From Nitrospina sp. (lineage in GTDB: Bacteria > Nitrospinota > Nitrospinia > Nitrospinales > VA-1): 64,000 nucleotides of DNA. Within the stretch, counting starts at the first letter, position 1. The number at the start of each line of letters is the position of its first letter. The stretch covers positions 64,561 through 128,560 of the forward strand of contig JABIAY010000053.1 of the NCBI GenBank assembly GCA_018653085.1. Direction: 5' to 3'. The position numbers and the translations under genes were made by a program. The notes under the pieces were generated by a model. The model ran no database searches, had not been told where the DNA came from, and worked only from the letters and a program-made list of their open reading frames with translations. This document shows positions 48,945 through 59,590 of the stretch, piece after piece.

Positions 48945-49243
48945 CCCACTAGGCGTGGGGCCAGCGTGCCGTCGCTTTATTTGGCGAGCAGAGAGTTTGT
49001 CTCGGCGCAATCAAGCTCTTGCCCAGTTGCCCCTGCGGCTAGCAGCCACTAGGCGCCGGCGAGCCGCCGGTGGCTACTGCAATGGCGTTTACTAATTAGC
49101 AACAGTTTATCTCGGCACGATTAAATCCTCGCCCACTGAGTCCAGCGTGACGCTGGTGCCCAGTCGCAACCCCTGCCAAGGGGCACTAGGCGTGGGATTA
49201 GCGGAAGCGGGGTTATTGCTCACTGAGTCCAGCGTCACGCTGG
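48945..49243. repeat. Repeat locus R9 (four head/hairpin units in tandem and inverted order)
   Basis: CCCACTAGGCGTGGGGCCAGCGTG..GGCGAGCA..CTCGGCGC (48945-), CCACTAGGCG CCGGCG agc CGCCGG..TGCAATGGC..CTCGGCAC (49046-), CCCACTGAGT CCAGCGTGACGCTGG (49142-49156), and an inverted unit CACTAGGCGTGGG..TTATTGCTCACTGAGT CCAGCGTCACGCTGG (49229-49243) that overlaps the nirC 3' end. Confidence 0.9.
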
Positions 49244-50040
49244 TCTTGCAAGGTGGCTCCTGCTTCCATGCGCAAGCTGGGGGTGGCCAGCCAATACACG
49301 AGGCCCACAAAAGCACCGCCGCCGACCAGGTTTCCAAGGGTGACAAAGATCTGGTTATGGATGAACCCGGCTATCGAAACTTCTGCTCCATGCGGCAGAA
49401 GCATTGCCATGCTCAACAAACTTTGGTTGGCGATGCTATGCTCGAATCCGCTACCGATGAAAGCAAACAGGCACCAGAAAATCATAATCAGTTTGGCGGT
49501 TTCGCTTTTTGTCCGTAAAGAAATCCACACCGCCAGGCAAACCAGCCAATTGCAGAGTATTCCCCGCAGAAAAGCTTCTTTCGCGCCAAGTCCCATTTTC
49601 CCCGCCGCGACTTTGAGTATCAAAGCTTGCGAGGCTTCGGTCAAACTGCCGCCTTCGACCACCATCCAACCGAGAAACGCCGAGCCAATGAAATTACCGA
49701 CGAAGCACATAACGAACAACATGACAATTGAGCCCACACCCACTCGGTTAGCCAACCGGCTAACGGCAAAAATCATATTGTTGCCGGTAAACAGTTCTGA
49801 TCCGGCAAAGATGACCAGGCTCAGGGCAATACCGAAAGAGGCACCCATGATCAGTTTCAAATAGGCTCCGCCACCTGCGCTTGCGATGGGGCCGCCAATC
49901 GAAAAAATCAGGACGATGCCAAATCCCAGATAGATTCCGGCTAACGCGGACAGGATGAGATAGCCCAGAGGAGACTTTTTCATGTACTCGATCTTCTTTT
50001 CAGAAGCATCGGCTATCTTTTGCATTTCGCTTTTAAACAT
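49213..50040 (-). CDS. nirC: Formate/nitrite transporter family channel (NirC/FocA-like)
   Basis: 275 aa FNT-family pattern with six TM segments, immediately downstream of nirD. The C-terminal QRDAGLSEQ* is repeat-encoded. Confidence 0.85.
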   Translation of the reverse strand: MFKSEMQKIADASEKKIEYMKKSPLGYLILSALAGIYLGFGIVLIFSIGGPIASAGGGAYLKLIMGASFGIALSLVIFAGSELFTGNNMIFAVSRLANRVGVGSIVMLFVMCFVGNFIGSAFLGWMVVEGGSLTEASQALILKVAAGKMGLGAKEAFLRGILCNWLVCLAVWISLRTKSETAKLIMIFWCLFAFIGSGFEHSIANQSLLSMAMLLPHGAEVSIAGFIHNQIFVTLGNLVGGGAFVGLVYWLATPSLRMEAGATLQDQRDAGLSEQ

Positions 50041-50062
50041 GGCGTTTATTCCTCATTTAATT

Positions 50063-50395
50063 TCATGCCCCGCATGGGGTAGAAGGGGTAAAAGCAATCG
50101 ACACGCAACCGGCCTCGACTTTAACCGGATAAACAGCGGCGCATCCTTCATCCGGTGCAACCGCCTCGCCGCTAGTCAGATCCATAACCAGATTATGCAA
50201 GGGGCAGGTCACACGATTTCCGTGGACGATGCCCTGGGAAAGCGGCCCCTCCTTGTGAGGACAGCGGTCGCGCAAGGCAAACACCTCATCCTGACTGGTG
50301 CGGAATACCGCAATGTCATCGTTGTCAATGCGAACCACCCGTGCACCGAGTTGCGGAATATCTTCCAAATCGCAAACTTCAATCCAATCAGTCAT
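50063..50395 (-). CDS. nirD: Nitrite reductase [NAD(P)H] small subunit
   Basis: 110 aa Rieske-like fold (RDRCPHKEGPL ... VTCPLH). Overlaps the nirB end. Confidence 0.9.
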   Translation of the reverse strand: MTDWIEVCDLEDIPQLGARVVRIDNDDIAVFRTSQDEVFALRDRCPHKEGPLSQGIVHGNRVTCPLHNLVMDLTSGEAVAPDEGCAAVYPVKVEAGCVSIAFTPSTPCGA

Positions 50396-52832
50396 GAACC
50401 GAACTCCTTTCCACTGTTACAAACTCGCGCTGGCTATCCTTGCCGGTGTGTTTGGCCCAGGGATCTTCCTGCGCGCGTTTCTGTGATTCCGTGAAGCGAT
50501 CAAACAATGCCTTGCGATTATTTGCATCTTCGACAATTTTCTGTTTCACACTGGAGAAGCCCACCCGTTCGATCCAGGGGGCTGTGCGTTCCAGGTAATG
50601 CGCATCTTCTCGATAGAGTTGGATGAATGCACAACAATATTCGATCACTTCCTCATCGGTATCCACTTTGCACAAGAGGTCGGTAGCGCGAATCTTAACA
50701 CCGGCATTGCCGCCGATATGCAGTTCCCATCCGGACTCTACAGCCACCACGCCGAAGTCCTTAATGGTAGCCTCGGCGCAATTGCGCGGACAACCGGACA
50801 CAGCCATTTTAAATTTGTGAGGCATCCAGGAGCCGCAAGTCAGCTTTTCCAATTTGACTCCCATGGAGGTGGAATCCTGAGTGCCAAATCGACACCATTC
50901 TTTTCCCACGCAGGTTTTGACTGTGCGCAGAGACTTGCCATAGGCGTACCCGGAAATCATTCCAGCCTGATTCAGGTCGCTCCAAACTTCTGGTAACTCA
51001 TTTTTCTTCAGTCCCAGCAGACTGATGCGCTGTCCGCCGGTGATTTTAACTGTGGAAACCTGAAACTTGTCTGCGGCATCGGCGATGGCACGCAACTCTT
51101 TGGGGGTAACGAGCCCTCCCCAGATGCGCGGAATAACAGAATAGGTACCGTCCTTCTGGATGTTGGCATGAACCCTTTCGTTGATGAAGCGTGATTGAGG
51201 GTCATCCTCCGCCACATCAGGCCAGGCGGCGATCAAATAGTAATTGATTGCCGGTCGGCAAACATGGCATCCATCCGGCGTACGATATTCCAGATAATCC
51301 ATCACCGCACGGATGCTGATTAATCGTTGTGACTTTATTGTCTGCCGAATCTCGTTGTGAGTGTAGTCGGTGCATTTGCACAAAGGTTTTACTTTAGGTG
51401 CTTCCGAGTAATCACCACCCAGCGTAAAAGTCAGAATCTGTTCCACAAGACCGGTGCACGACCCACAAGAGCTGGAAGCCTTGGTATGAGAGCGAACGTC
51501 ATCCAGAGTAAACAGTCCCTTGGAGGTGATGGCATCAACAACATCTTTTTTGCACACGCCGTTACAGCCGCACACTTCCATATCATCGCTCATCTCCGCA
51601 ACAGACTTTGCTCCGCCGTGTCCGGAATCCCCCAGGTGAGCCTGGCCATGCAGTAGTTGATCCCGCATGTGGCTGATGTCGGTTTGATCGCGCAATAACT
51701 GGTAGTACCAGGCTCCGTCCACCGTATCCCCAAACATGACCACGCCGTGGATACGATTTTCTTTCAGTACGATTTTTTTATAGACTCCTTTGGAAAGGTC
51801 TTTCATGACGATTTCTTCTGTGGTCTCATCGCCAATAAAATCCCCTGTTGAAAACAACTCAACGCCGGTGACTTTTAGTTTTGAAAATGTAGTGGAGCCC
51901 TGATAGAAAGCGTGACCCAACTGGGCCAACTGGTTGGCGCAAACCTTGGCTTGCTCGAACAAGGGGGCCACCAATCCATAGACCTGACCTTTATGTTGAA
52001 CGCATTCCCCAACGGAATAGATTCGACCATCGTAGGTTTGCATGGTGTCACTGACTACGATTCCGCGTTCGCAATATATGTTGGCGGCTTTTGCCAAGTC
52101 TGTATTGGGGCGGATGCCTACCGCCATTACAACCATGTCAGTGGCGATTTCCAGTCCACCCTTGAAACGAACGCCCCTTACTTTTTCTTCACCCAGAAAA
52201 GCCTCGGTGCTTGTTTCCATCAAAAACTGAATGCCACGTTTTTCGAGGGTTTGCTTCAGCATGGCGGCCGCCTCGGAATCGAGTTGCCGCTCCATCAAAG
52301 AGTCCATGAGGTGCACAACGGTAACGTACATCCCCTGTTGCTTCAGCGCGTAGGCCGCTTCTAGTCCCAGCAGACCTCCTCCAATAATCAATGCCTGTTT
52401 ATGGGGTTCCGAGATTTCAAGCATCGTTTGCACATCACGAATGTTACGGAAGGTGACGACTCCGTGCAGATCGTTTCCGGGGAGCGGAAGAATGATCGAG
52501 TTGGAACCTGTGGCAAGCAAAAGCCGGTCATAGTTTTCCGTAGTGCCGTCTTCCGCAATCACCGCACGGTTGCGTCGGTCAATCTTGACTACCGCTTTAC
52601 CCGTATGGAGTTTGATGCCATTTTCTTCATACCATTGCTCCTCATTGAGCATGATGCCGTCGATCTTCTTTTCTCCCGCTAACACCGGGGAGAGAAGAAT
52701 CCGGTTGTAGTTTCCATGCGGTTCATCGCCAAAAACGGTGATGTCATACATGTCGGGGGAAATCTTGAGCAATTCCTCAAGCGTACGCACACCCGCCATG
52801 CCATTGCCAACCAAAACCAGTTTCTCTTTCAT
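50388..52832 (-). CDS. nirB: Nitrite reductase [NAD(P)H] large subunit
   Basis: 814 aa. FAD/NAD Rossmann motifs (LVLVGNGMAG, IIGGGLLGLEAA), BFD-like [2Fe-2S] Cys pairs (CGCNGVCK, CGSC), and a C-terminal sulfite/nitrite reductase siroheme domain with Cys cluster (CPRNC). Confidence 0.93.
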   Translation of the reverse strand: MKEKLVLVGNGMAGVRTLEELLKISPDMYDITVFGDEPHGNYNRILLSPVLAGEKKIDGIMLNEEQWYEENGIKLHTGKAVVKIDRRNRAVIAEDGTTENYDRLLLATGSNSIILPLPGNDLHGVVTFRNIRDVQTMLEISEPHKQALIIGGGLLGLEAAYALKQQGMYVTVVHLMDSLMERQLDSEAAAMLKQTLEKRGIQFLMETSTEAFLGEEKVRGVRFKGGLEIATDMVVMAVGIRPNTDLAKAANIYCERGIVVSDTMQTYDGRIYSVGECVQHKGQVYGLVAPLFEQAKVCANQLAQLGHAFYQGSTTFSKLKVTGVELFSTGDFIGDETTEEIVMKDLSKGVYKKIVLKENRIHGVVMFGDTVDGAWYYQLLRDQTDISHMRDQLLHGQAHLGDSGHGGAKSVAEMSDDMEVCGCNGVCKKDVVDAITSKGLFTLDDVRSHTKASSSCGSCTGLVEQILTFTLGGDYSEAPKVKPLCKCTDYTHNEIRQTIKSQRLISIRAVMDYLEYRTPDGCHVCRPAINYYLIAAWPDVAEDDPQSRFINERVHANIQKDGTYSVIPRIWGGLVTPKELRAIADAADKFQVSTVKITGGQRISLLGLKKNELPEVWSDLNQAGMISGYAYGKSLRTVKTCVGKEWCRFGTQDSTSMGVKLEKLTCGSWMPHKFKMAVSGCPRNCAEATIKDFGVVAVESGWELHIGGNAGVKIRATDLLCKVDTDEEVIEYCCAFIQLYREDAHYLERTAPWIERVGFSSVKQKIVEDANNRKALFDRFTESQKRAQEDPWAKHTGKDSQREFVTVERSSVHD

Positions 52833-52958
52833 ATAAAAGCCGTATCCCTTCTAAATCCAGCGCCTGGACCCTCTTTCGAAGTTTCAGCCGCTGACTATTT
52901 TTTATGAATGATTCCTGCGGAAAGTTAGTGAGTGTTGCAGGATTCATGAAAACTATTA

Positions 52959-52973
52959 TCAAGTTTCATGCCA
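52959..52973 (-). promoter_or_regulatory. Candidate sigma-54 promoter upstream of nirB-nirD-nirC
   Basis: The minus strand reads TGGCATGAAACTTGA, about 127 nt upstream of the nirB ATG. Third instance of TGGCAY-N5-TTGA. Confidence 0.35.
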
Positions 52974-53084
52974 ACTGCAAAACATGCACTTAAAGGCCCT
53001 AAACAAACAGAGTTACAGCTTCAATGGGGTTTGGTAACAGGAAAGATGCCTAAAAATGAATCACTATTTTTCCAAAATGCTCGA

Positions 53085-53582
53085 CTCCTAGGCGCTACTA
53101 GCCGTAGGGGCACAACTAGCAATAGCTTTCTTTGGCGGGCAGGGAGGTGTCCCGGCTTGAGGAGGTTCTACTATTCCCCCCTGATAAGGGGGACTAGGGG
53201 GGGTGCATTATTTGTGGTTACAGCCCTCTGGGTTGCCACGCCGCCTTCGGCGGCTCGCAATGACGGGCAAAGCAAACCCCTGAATGTAAATCACCCCGGC
53301 CCTCTTTAATAAAGAGGGGGCAAGCCAACCCTCCCCAACCCCTCAGACTATCGGGCTTGAGTCCCTATGAAGGGAGGGGATATAACAAACCACGCCACAC
53401 ATTGTTTTGTCGGGAAGAAATATTAAAGTGTTGCGCTTGAGTGTTTAGTCCGCTTTACGGGCAATGCAGTACTGGCCCCACGCCGAGTGGGCCGAGCTAA
53501 CCTGTTGTTGGCTGATTGATGCTATGCAGTTGGCGGTCGCGTAAGCGTCTCCGCCCCATTGCCTCCCACGCTAGTGGGCTAG
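53085..53582. repeat. Composite repeat element R10 (about 500 bp, largest mosaic)
   Basis: CTCCTAGGCG..AGCAATAGC..CCCGGCTT; family 2 (53172-53205); hairpin GCCGC cttcg GCGGC + TCGCAATGAC (53240-); family 3 (53286-53320); inverted B unit ..TTGCGCTTGA..GGGCAATGCAGTACTGGCCCCACGCCGAGTGGG; and an inverted A-like unit ending CCCACGCTAGTGGGCTAG, which contains the lon stop codon. Confidence 0.88.
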
Positions 53583-55987
53583 TTGAGGCGGAGGCTGGGT
53601 TGTTTGCTGGAAGTTTTTGGTGTTTTTCTGGTGGTTTTTCGTGTGGCGGGTTTTTTCTTAATCTTGAATTTTTTATGGAACGAGTGTTTGATCACATCGT
53701 CCATCGTGGTGGCGGGGAAAAACTCGATACCCTTTCGGACATTTTCAGGAATGTCGGGAACATCTTTTTCGTTTTCCACAGGGATGATAAGGTTTTTGAT
53801 GCCGAACCTGTGAGCCGCAAGGACTTTTTCCTTGAGTCCGCCAATGGGCAGAACTTTTCCAGTCAGGGTCAGTTCCCCGGTCATGGCAAGGTCTGGTTGC
53901 AATGGTGTTTTCGTCAGTGCGGAAACCAGTGCTACCGCCATGGTGATTCCGGCTGAAGGCCCGTCTTTGGGAACAGCCCCTTCGGGAATGTGAATATGAA
54001 AATCATTTTTCTGGTAGAAATTTTTGGGTAGTCCCAAGTCTCCGGCGCGTGAACGCACATAGGTCATGGCCGCCTGCGCCGACTCTTTCATGACATCCCC
54101 GAGTTGCCCTGTGGGTACGAGCTTTCCGTTGCCGGGAATCACGGTGACTTCTATAGTGAGGGTTTCACCGCCAAACTCTGTCCACGCAAGGCCGGTTGCA
54201 GACCCTATTTCCAGTGGGCCCTCGTTTTCGGCTCTCTTGAATTTGGGGATGCCTAGAAATTTTTCTATATTAGCCGGAGTGATTTTGACGCTGGTTTTTT
54301 TGCCTTTTTCAACAACGGTTTTAACTACTTTTCTGCATAGTGTGGCGATTTCCCGTTCCAGGTTTCTTACTCCCGCTTCGCGGGTGAAATCATGGATGAT
54401 TCTATCCAAAGCCTTGTCAGAAATATTTATGTTTTTCTTGGTCAGGCCGTGTTCCGGTACTTTCTTGGGTACGAGAAAATTTTTGGCGATGCCCATTTTT
54501 TCCTGATCGGTATAACCGGGCAGGCGAAGCACTTCCATTCGGTCGAGCAAGGGTTGTGGGATGGAGTGCAGGACATTGGCAGTACAGATAAAAAGGACAT
54601 TGGAAAGATCGTAATCGACTTCCAGATAATGGTCGTTGAAAGTGGAGTTCTGTTCCGGGTCGAGAACCTCCAGCAAAGCGGAGGAGGGGTCACCCCTGAA
54701 ATCTGCGTTCATCTTGTCGATCTCGTCGAGCATGAAAACAGGATTGTGGACACCGGACTTTTTGATGCCTTGAATGATTTTTCCCGGCAACGCTCCAATA
54801 TAGGTTCTGCGGTGTCCGCGGATTTCTGCTTCATCCCGCACACCGCCCAGGGAGACGCGGATAAATTTTCTGCCCATAGCCTTGCCGATGGATTGCCCCA
54901 GCGAAGTTTTGCCGACACCCGGAGGACCAACAAGGCAGAGGATGGGACCTCTTATTTTTTTGACCAGCTTCATCACCGCAAGGTGTTCGGTAATGCGCTC
55001 TTTGACTTTCTCTAACCCGTAATGGTCTTTGTCCAGAATTTTCTGGGCTTCGGGAATTTTAATTTTTTCCGCTCCGGCACCTTTTTTCCAGGGCAGGTCT
55101 GCGAGCCACTCTATATAAGTCCTGGCGACTGTAGCCTCTGCAGACATGGGTTGCATGAGTTCCAGCCGCTTTAATTCCTTAATGGCTTTTTCATTAATTT
55201 CCTTGGGCATTTTGGCTTTCTTGATTTTTTGCTTGAGTTCATCCATGTCGCTTTTGAACTCATCGCGTTTGCCCAATTCTTTCTGGATGGCCTTGATCTG
55301 CTCGTTGAGATAGAATTCCTTCTGACTGCGTTCCATTTGTTTTCGCACCCTGCCATGAACGCGTTTTTCAATTTTAAGAACTTCCATCTCCGACTTGAGA
55401 ATGCCGAGAAGCTTGTTTAAGCGGTCTGCCGGATTCAGGGTTTCGAGCAATTCCTGTTTTTCCTTGGTTTGGAAAACCATATAGGCGGCAATGGTGTCGG
55501 CATAACGATGCGGTTCCAGAATATTGGCACTGGCGGCCACGGCTTCCAGTGGAATTTTCTGGTTTAATTTCACATATTGGTCAAACACCGTTCCCACACT
55601 GCGCATCAACGCTTTGACATCGGGTGTTAGCTGGTCGTTTTCATGAATGCGGCTGACTTCCACCTCAAAATAGTCCGGGTTGTCGACGAACGATTCAATA
55701 CGCCCTCTCTGCAGACCCTCCACCAGGACCTTCATGGTTCCATCTGTCAGTTTAAGGATCTGGAGAACATTTGCGACTGTTCCCGTCTCGTAAATATCTG
55801 CAGATTTCGGTTCGTTATTGTTGGGGTTGCGTTGGGCGGCGAGGAAGATGCTTTTCTGTTCGGCCATGGATTTTTCCAGGGCCAGAATGGACTTCTCTCT
55901 GCCGACAAACAGGGGAAGCACCATGAATGGAAAAACAATGATGTCCCTTAACGGAAGGAGCGGTAATACAATTTTTTCGGAACCCAT
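53579..55987 (-). CDS. lon: ATP-dependent protease Lon
   Basis: 802 aa. LON substrate-binding N-domain, Walker [10 protein letters not shown], protease domain PKDGPSAGI (catalytic Ser), and a basic C-terminal tail. Confidence 0.95.
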   Translation of the reverse strand: MGSEKIVLPLLPLRDIIVFPFMVLPLFVGREKSILALEKSMAEQKSIFLAAQRNPNNNEPKSADIYETGTVANVLQILKLTDGTMKVLVEGLQRGRIESFVDNPDYFEVEVSRIHENDQLTPDVKALMRSVGTVFDQYVKLNQKIPLEAVAASANILEPHRYADTIAAYMVFQTKEKQELLETLNPADRLNKLLGILKSEMEVLKIEKRVHGRVRKQMERSQKEFYLNEQIKAIQKELGKRDEFKSDMDELKQKIKKAKMPKEINEKAIKELKRLELMQPMSAEATVARTYIEWLADLPWKKGAGAEKIKIPEAQKILDKDHYGLEKVKERITEHLAVMKLVKKIRGPILCLVGPPGVGKTSLGQSIGKAMGRKFIRVSLGGVRDEAEIRGHRRTYIGALPGKIIQGIKKSGVHNPVFMLDEIDKMNADFRGDPSSALLEVLDPEQNSTFNDHYLEVDYDLSNVLFICTANVLHSIPQPLLDRMEVLRLPGYTDQEKMGIAKNFLVPKKVPEHGLTKKNINISDKALDRIIHDFTREAGVRNLEREIATLCRKVVKTVVEKGKKTSVKITPANIEKFLGIPKFKRAENEGPLEIGSATGLAWTEFGGETLTIEVTVIPGNGKLVPTGQLGDVMKESAQAAMTYVRSRAGDLGLPKNFYQKNDFHIHIPEGAVPKDGPSAGITMAVALVSALTKTPLQPDLAMTGELTLTGKVLPIGGLKEKVLAAHRFGIKNLIIPVENEKDVPDIPENVRKGIEFFPATTMDDVIKHSFHKKFKIKKKPATRKTTRKTPKTSSKQPSLRLN

Positions 55988-55990
55988 ATA

Positions 55991-57238
55991 TTAACTGGCC
56001 TGTTTCTTGTTTTCGTAAACCAACATGGGTTTTTCGCCTTTGAGAACGACTTCTTCATTAATGACCACTTCTTCCACATCTTTCTGGGAAGGGAGGTCGA
56101 ACATGATTTCGAGCATGGTCTCTTCCAGAACGGCGCGGAGGCCTCTAGCTCCGGTTTTGCGTTCGGTAGCTTTCTCGGCAATAGCTCTGACAGCGCCATC
56201 GGTAAATTTGAGTTTAACATTTTCAAACTCAAACAGCTTTTTATATTGTTTGACCAGAGCGTTCTTGGGTTCAGTCATGATTTGTACCATTGCTTCAATG
56301 GTCAGTTCCTTAAGTGTGGCAACGGATGAAAAACGCCCGACAAATTCCGGAATGAGGCCGTATTTGAGCAGGTCTTCCGGTTGTATTTTCTCAAGAGCAT
56401 CTTCCTTATCGATTTCTTTCTTGGAAATGATTTCCTGTCCGAAGCCGAGACTTTTCTTGCCGATGCGGTTGCGAATCAACGAGTCCAGCCCAACGAATGC
56501 TCCGCCACAGATGAAAAGAATATTGGTGGTGTTGACCTGCAGAAACTCCTGATGCGGGTGTTTCCGCCCTCCCTGTGGAGGAACGCTGGCTGTGGTGCCT
56601 TCAATAATTTTCAAAAGGGCTTGCTGTACTCCTTCACCGGAAACGTCACGGGTGATGGAGGGATTTTCTGATTTTCTGGAAATTTTATCGACTTCATCAA
56701 TATAGATGATTCCGCGTTCGGCTTTTTCAACATCGTAGTCGGCATTTTGCAGGAGTTTTAAAATGATGTTTTCGACATCTTCCCCGACATAACCGGCTTC
56801 GGTCAAGGTGGTCGCGTCTACAATGGTGAAAGGGACATCAAGGATCCGAGCCAGGGTCTGTGCCATGAGGGTTTTTCCGGACCCGGTAGGACCGATCAAC
56901 AGCACATTACTCTTTTGCAGTTCCACATCCTCCATATCAAGATTGGAGTCGATTCTTTTGAAGTGGTTGTGAACAGCAACGGAAAGAATTTTTTTGCAAC
57001 GCTCCTGCCCAACGACATATTGGTCGAGGTGTTTGTACAAATCATGAGGTTTGAGAAGATGCTGGAAGTCTTCGCCCTTTTCCTGGGCCCACTCTTCCAC
57101 CATGATTTCATTGCAAAGCTCAATACACTCGTCGCAGATGTAGACGCTGGGTCCGGCAATCAGTTTTTTGACTTCTTCCTGACTTTTCCCGCAGAAAGAA
57201 CAGCGATAATTTCCGGTGGTTGCACTTTTCTTTGCCAT
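55991..57238 (-). CDS. clpX: ATP-dependent Clp protease ATP-binding subunit ClpX
   Basis: 415 aa. Zinc finger CSFCGK...CDEC and Walker A GPTGSGKT. Confidence 0.96.
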   Translation of the reverse strand: MAKKSATTGNYRCSFCGKSQEEVKKLIAGPSVYICDECIELCNEIMVEEWAQEKGEDFQHLLKPHDLYKHLDQYVVGQERCKKILSVAVHNHFKRIDSNLDMEDVELQKSNVLLIGPTGSGKTLMAQTLARILDVPFTIVDATTLTEAGYVGEDVENIILKLLQNADYDVEKAERGIIYIDEVDKISRKSENPSITRDVSGEGVQQALLKIIEGTTASVPPQGGRKHPHQEFLQVNTTNILFICGGAFVGLDSLIRNRIGKKSLGFGQEIISKKEIDKEDALEKIQPEDLLKYGLIPEFVGRFSSVATLKELTIEAMVQIMTEPKNALVKQYKKLFEFENVKLKFTDGAVRAIAEKATERKTGARGLRAVLEETMLEIMFDLPSQKDVEEVVINEEVVLKGEKPMLVYENKKQAS

Positions 57239-57285
57239 AAAGCCCTCTTCAGAAGGGTTGGAATTGAGTGTTCACTCAATTCAAA

Positions 57286-57918
57286 TTAGCTTTTCTTTTT
57301 GCCCTTGCCCTTATGGGCCTCGTCCCGATCAGTGATCACGCTGTCGATGAGGCCATACGTCTTGGCTTCTTCTCCGGTCATATAATGATCTCTCTCGGTA
57401 TCCTTGTGGACTTGGGCAACATTTTTTCCTGAGTGTTTGGACATGATGCCATCCAGAATGGAACGGATTCTCGTGATTTCTTTAGCCTGGATTTCAATAT
57501 CGGTATGTTGTCCTTGAAACCCGCCGCTCGGCTGGTGGATCATGATGCGTGAGTGTGGCAGGGCAAACCGTTTTTTCGGTGCGCCAGCCGTAAGGAGCAA
57601 AGCCCCCATGCTGGCCGCCTGGCCGATGCAGATCGTTTGCACGTCTGGCTTGATATATTGCATGGTGTCATAGATCGCCATTCCGGAACTGACCTGACCA
57701 CCCGGACTGTTTATATAGAGATAAATATCCTGATCAGGCTCATCCGATTCCAGAAACAGCAACTGGGCGATAATCAGGTTGGCCATATGATCCTCAATGG
57801 TGCTTCCTATAAAAATGATTCGGTCTTTGAGAAGGCGTGAATAAATGTCATAAGATCTCTCGCCCCGACTGGTTTGTTCAACAACAATGGGTACCAACTG
57901 GTTGTAAGTATCTGTCAT
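57286..57918 (-). CDS. clpP: ATP-dependent Clp protease proteolytic subunit ClpP
   Basis: 210 aa. Catalytic GQAASMGA (Ser) and MIHQP (His). Lys-rich tail KGKGKKKS. Confidence 0.96.
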   Translation of the reverse strand: MTDTYNQLVPIVVEQTSRGERSYDIYSRLLKDRIIFIGSTIEDHMANLIIAQLLFLESDEPDQDIYLYINSPGGQVSSGMAIYDTMQYIKPDVQTICIGQAASMGALLLTAGAPKKRFALPHSRIMIHQPSGGFQGQHTDIEIQAKEITRIRSILDGIMSKHSGKNVAQVHKDTERDHYMTGEEAKTYGLIDSVITDRDEAHKGKGKKKS

Positions 57919-58043
57919 GATTCTCTCTAGATTAGAAATGGGGCAAGAAAAAAACTTCTTTCTGAATCCGGCTCTGGTTCCGAAAGCGTTTTTGGCCTGT
58001 AAGTCATTAAAAAATAATTAGATATCTTTGTAATGGTTGAGTT

Positions 58044-59393
58044 TTAATTATCAGCAATTAAATCTTTTCTGTCAACTTTTTCTTCTTTGATGGTCACCTT
58101 TTCCAGTGCGGCATCAAGGGTTTTGTCGCGTTTCATGCGATTGTGCAGTCGGGCCAGGATGCCGTTTTTTTCCCATTCCCGTTTAATTTGTTGCAGATTG
58201 CCTCCGCCCAGTAACTGGGACATGTTCTTGACCTCCTGTTCCAATTCTTCTTCGGTGACTTCCGCTTTCAGGTCCCGTGCCAATTGGTCGAGAACCAGTT
58301 CTTCCTGCAGGGCTTTCATGGCCGGTTCGCGATACTGCGTGAGCAGTTCGGGAGTCACCTCGACACCATGGTCGTGATCATGGTCATGATCATGGCCTTG
58401 ATGTTGGTGATCTTCCTTAGCTTCCTTTTTTCTGGCCTGCTCGGCCATGAACTTGACCTGGTCTTTCAAAAGTCCTTCCGGAATATCCAGCTGATTCTGC
58501 TCGGTGATTTTTTCCGCTAATTCCTTTTTCACTGCTTTCTTGGCTTCCTTGTGCTCAAAGTCTTCCAGCTCAGAGCGGACGCGCTGTTTCATATCATCCA
58601 GGCTGGCATAATCTTTGTCCTCCACATTGCGGGCAAACTCATCGTCCAGCTCCGGCAGTTTTTGCTCCTGAATGCCTTTCAGCACAATTTGGAAATCCAC
58701 ATCTTTTCCGGCGATTTCCTTGTTGTGGTAATCTTCGGGAACCTGTACCTGAATGTCCCGGGTTTCGCCGATTTCCATGCCGATCATGCCCTTGTCCAGT
58801 CCTTCAATCAATTGTCCTCCCCCTGCCTGGATGATCTGGTCTTGCGCAGACCCGCCTTCAAAGGGTTGGTCGCCGAGCTTGCTGGTAAAATCTATTTTGA
58901 GTAAATCCTTATCCTGGGAAGGGCGACCGGTCACCTGGACATTCTCCGCCTTACGCTGGCGCAATGCTTCAATGGTCTGATCGACTTCTTCATCGGTGAC
59001 ACGCGGGGTTGTTATTTTCAGTTCAATACCAGAGTAGTCTTGCAGTTCTACAGTTGGGAGTACCTCGACCGATGCGGAAACAGAGATATCCGTTCCTTCT
59101 TCGGCATTGACCTCCAAAAGATGGGGCTGGCCCACCGCTCTCAGGTCTTTTTCTACAATGGCGTTATTGAGTTCTTCGCTGATCAGGTTGCTCAGGACTT
59201 CTTTTTTAACATCCGGTCCAAACTGTTTTTCCAGCAGGGCGATGGGTACTTTTCCCTTGCGGAATCCGGGAACTTTGACCTCTCGCCCGAGCTTCTGATA
59301 ATACGCTTTTACTTTTTTGTCGTATTCCTGATGAGGAATTTCGAACTTGATTTTTTTGTTACAGGAATCAACGTCTTCGATGTCTATTTTCAT
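58044..59393 (-). CDS. tig: Trigger factor
   Basis: 449 aa. N-terminal ribosome-binding GFRKGKVP motif, central PPIase-like domain, C-terminal arm domain carrying an unusual DHQHQGHDHDHDHDHG insertion. Confidence 0.93.
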   Translation of the reverse strand: MKIDIEDVDSCNKKIKFEIPHQEYDKKVKAYYQKLGREVKVPGFRKGKVPIALLEKQFGPDVKKEVLSNLISEELNNAIVEKDLRAVGQPHLLEVNAEEGTDISVSASVEVLPTVELQDYSGIELKITTPRVTDEEVDQTIEALRQRKAENVQVTGRPSQDKDLLKIDFTSKLGDQPFEGGSAQDQIIQAGGGQLIEGLDKGMIGMEIGETRDIQVQVPEDYHNKEIAGKDVDFQIVLKGIQEQKLPELDDEFARNVEDKDYASLDDMKQRVRSELEDFEHKEAKKAVKKELAEKITEQNQLDIPEGLLKDQVKFMAEQARKKEAKEDHQHQGHDHDHDHDHGVEVTPELLTQYREPAMKALQEELVLDQLARDLKAEVTEEELEQEVKNMSQLLGGGNLQQIKREWEKNGILARLHNRMKRDKTLDAALEKVTIKEEKVDRKDLIADN

Positions 59394-59418
59394 AACTTTC
59401 CAAATGTTTAAAGATTGG

Positions 59419-59585
59419 CGGCCAGCGTGGTGCTGGGCCCAATTAGCCCTTGCTGTTTGCTACTCCCGTTGCGGAGAACCTCCGCTGGTAACTTGCAATA
59501 TCTTTATTTTGCGGGCAATCGGTCTCTCGGCCCAATCAGCCCTTGCTGTTTGCTACTCCCGTAAGGGAGGTTTTCCCCCTCCACG
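59419..59585. repeat. Repeat locus R11 between tig and tRNA-Leu
   Basis: CCAGC gtggt GCTGG (59422-59436) followed by a 34-nt direct repeat GGCCCAATYAGCCCTTGCTGTTTGCTACTCCCGT at 59436-59469 and 59529-59562 (one mismatch). These are degenerate A units. Confidence 0.8.
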
Positions 59586-59590
59586 GGTAG

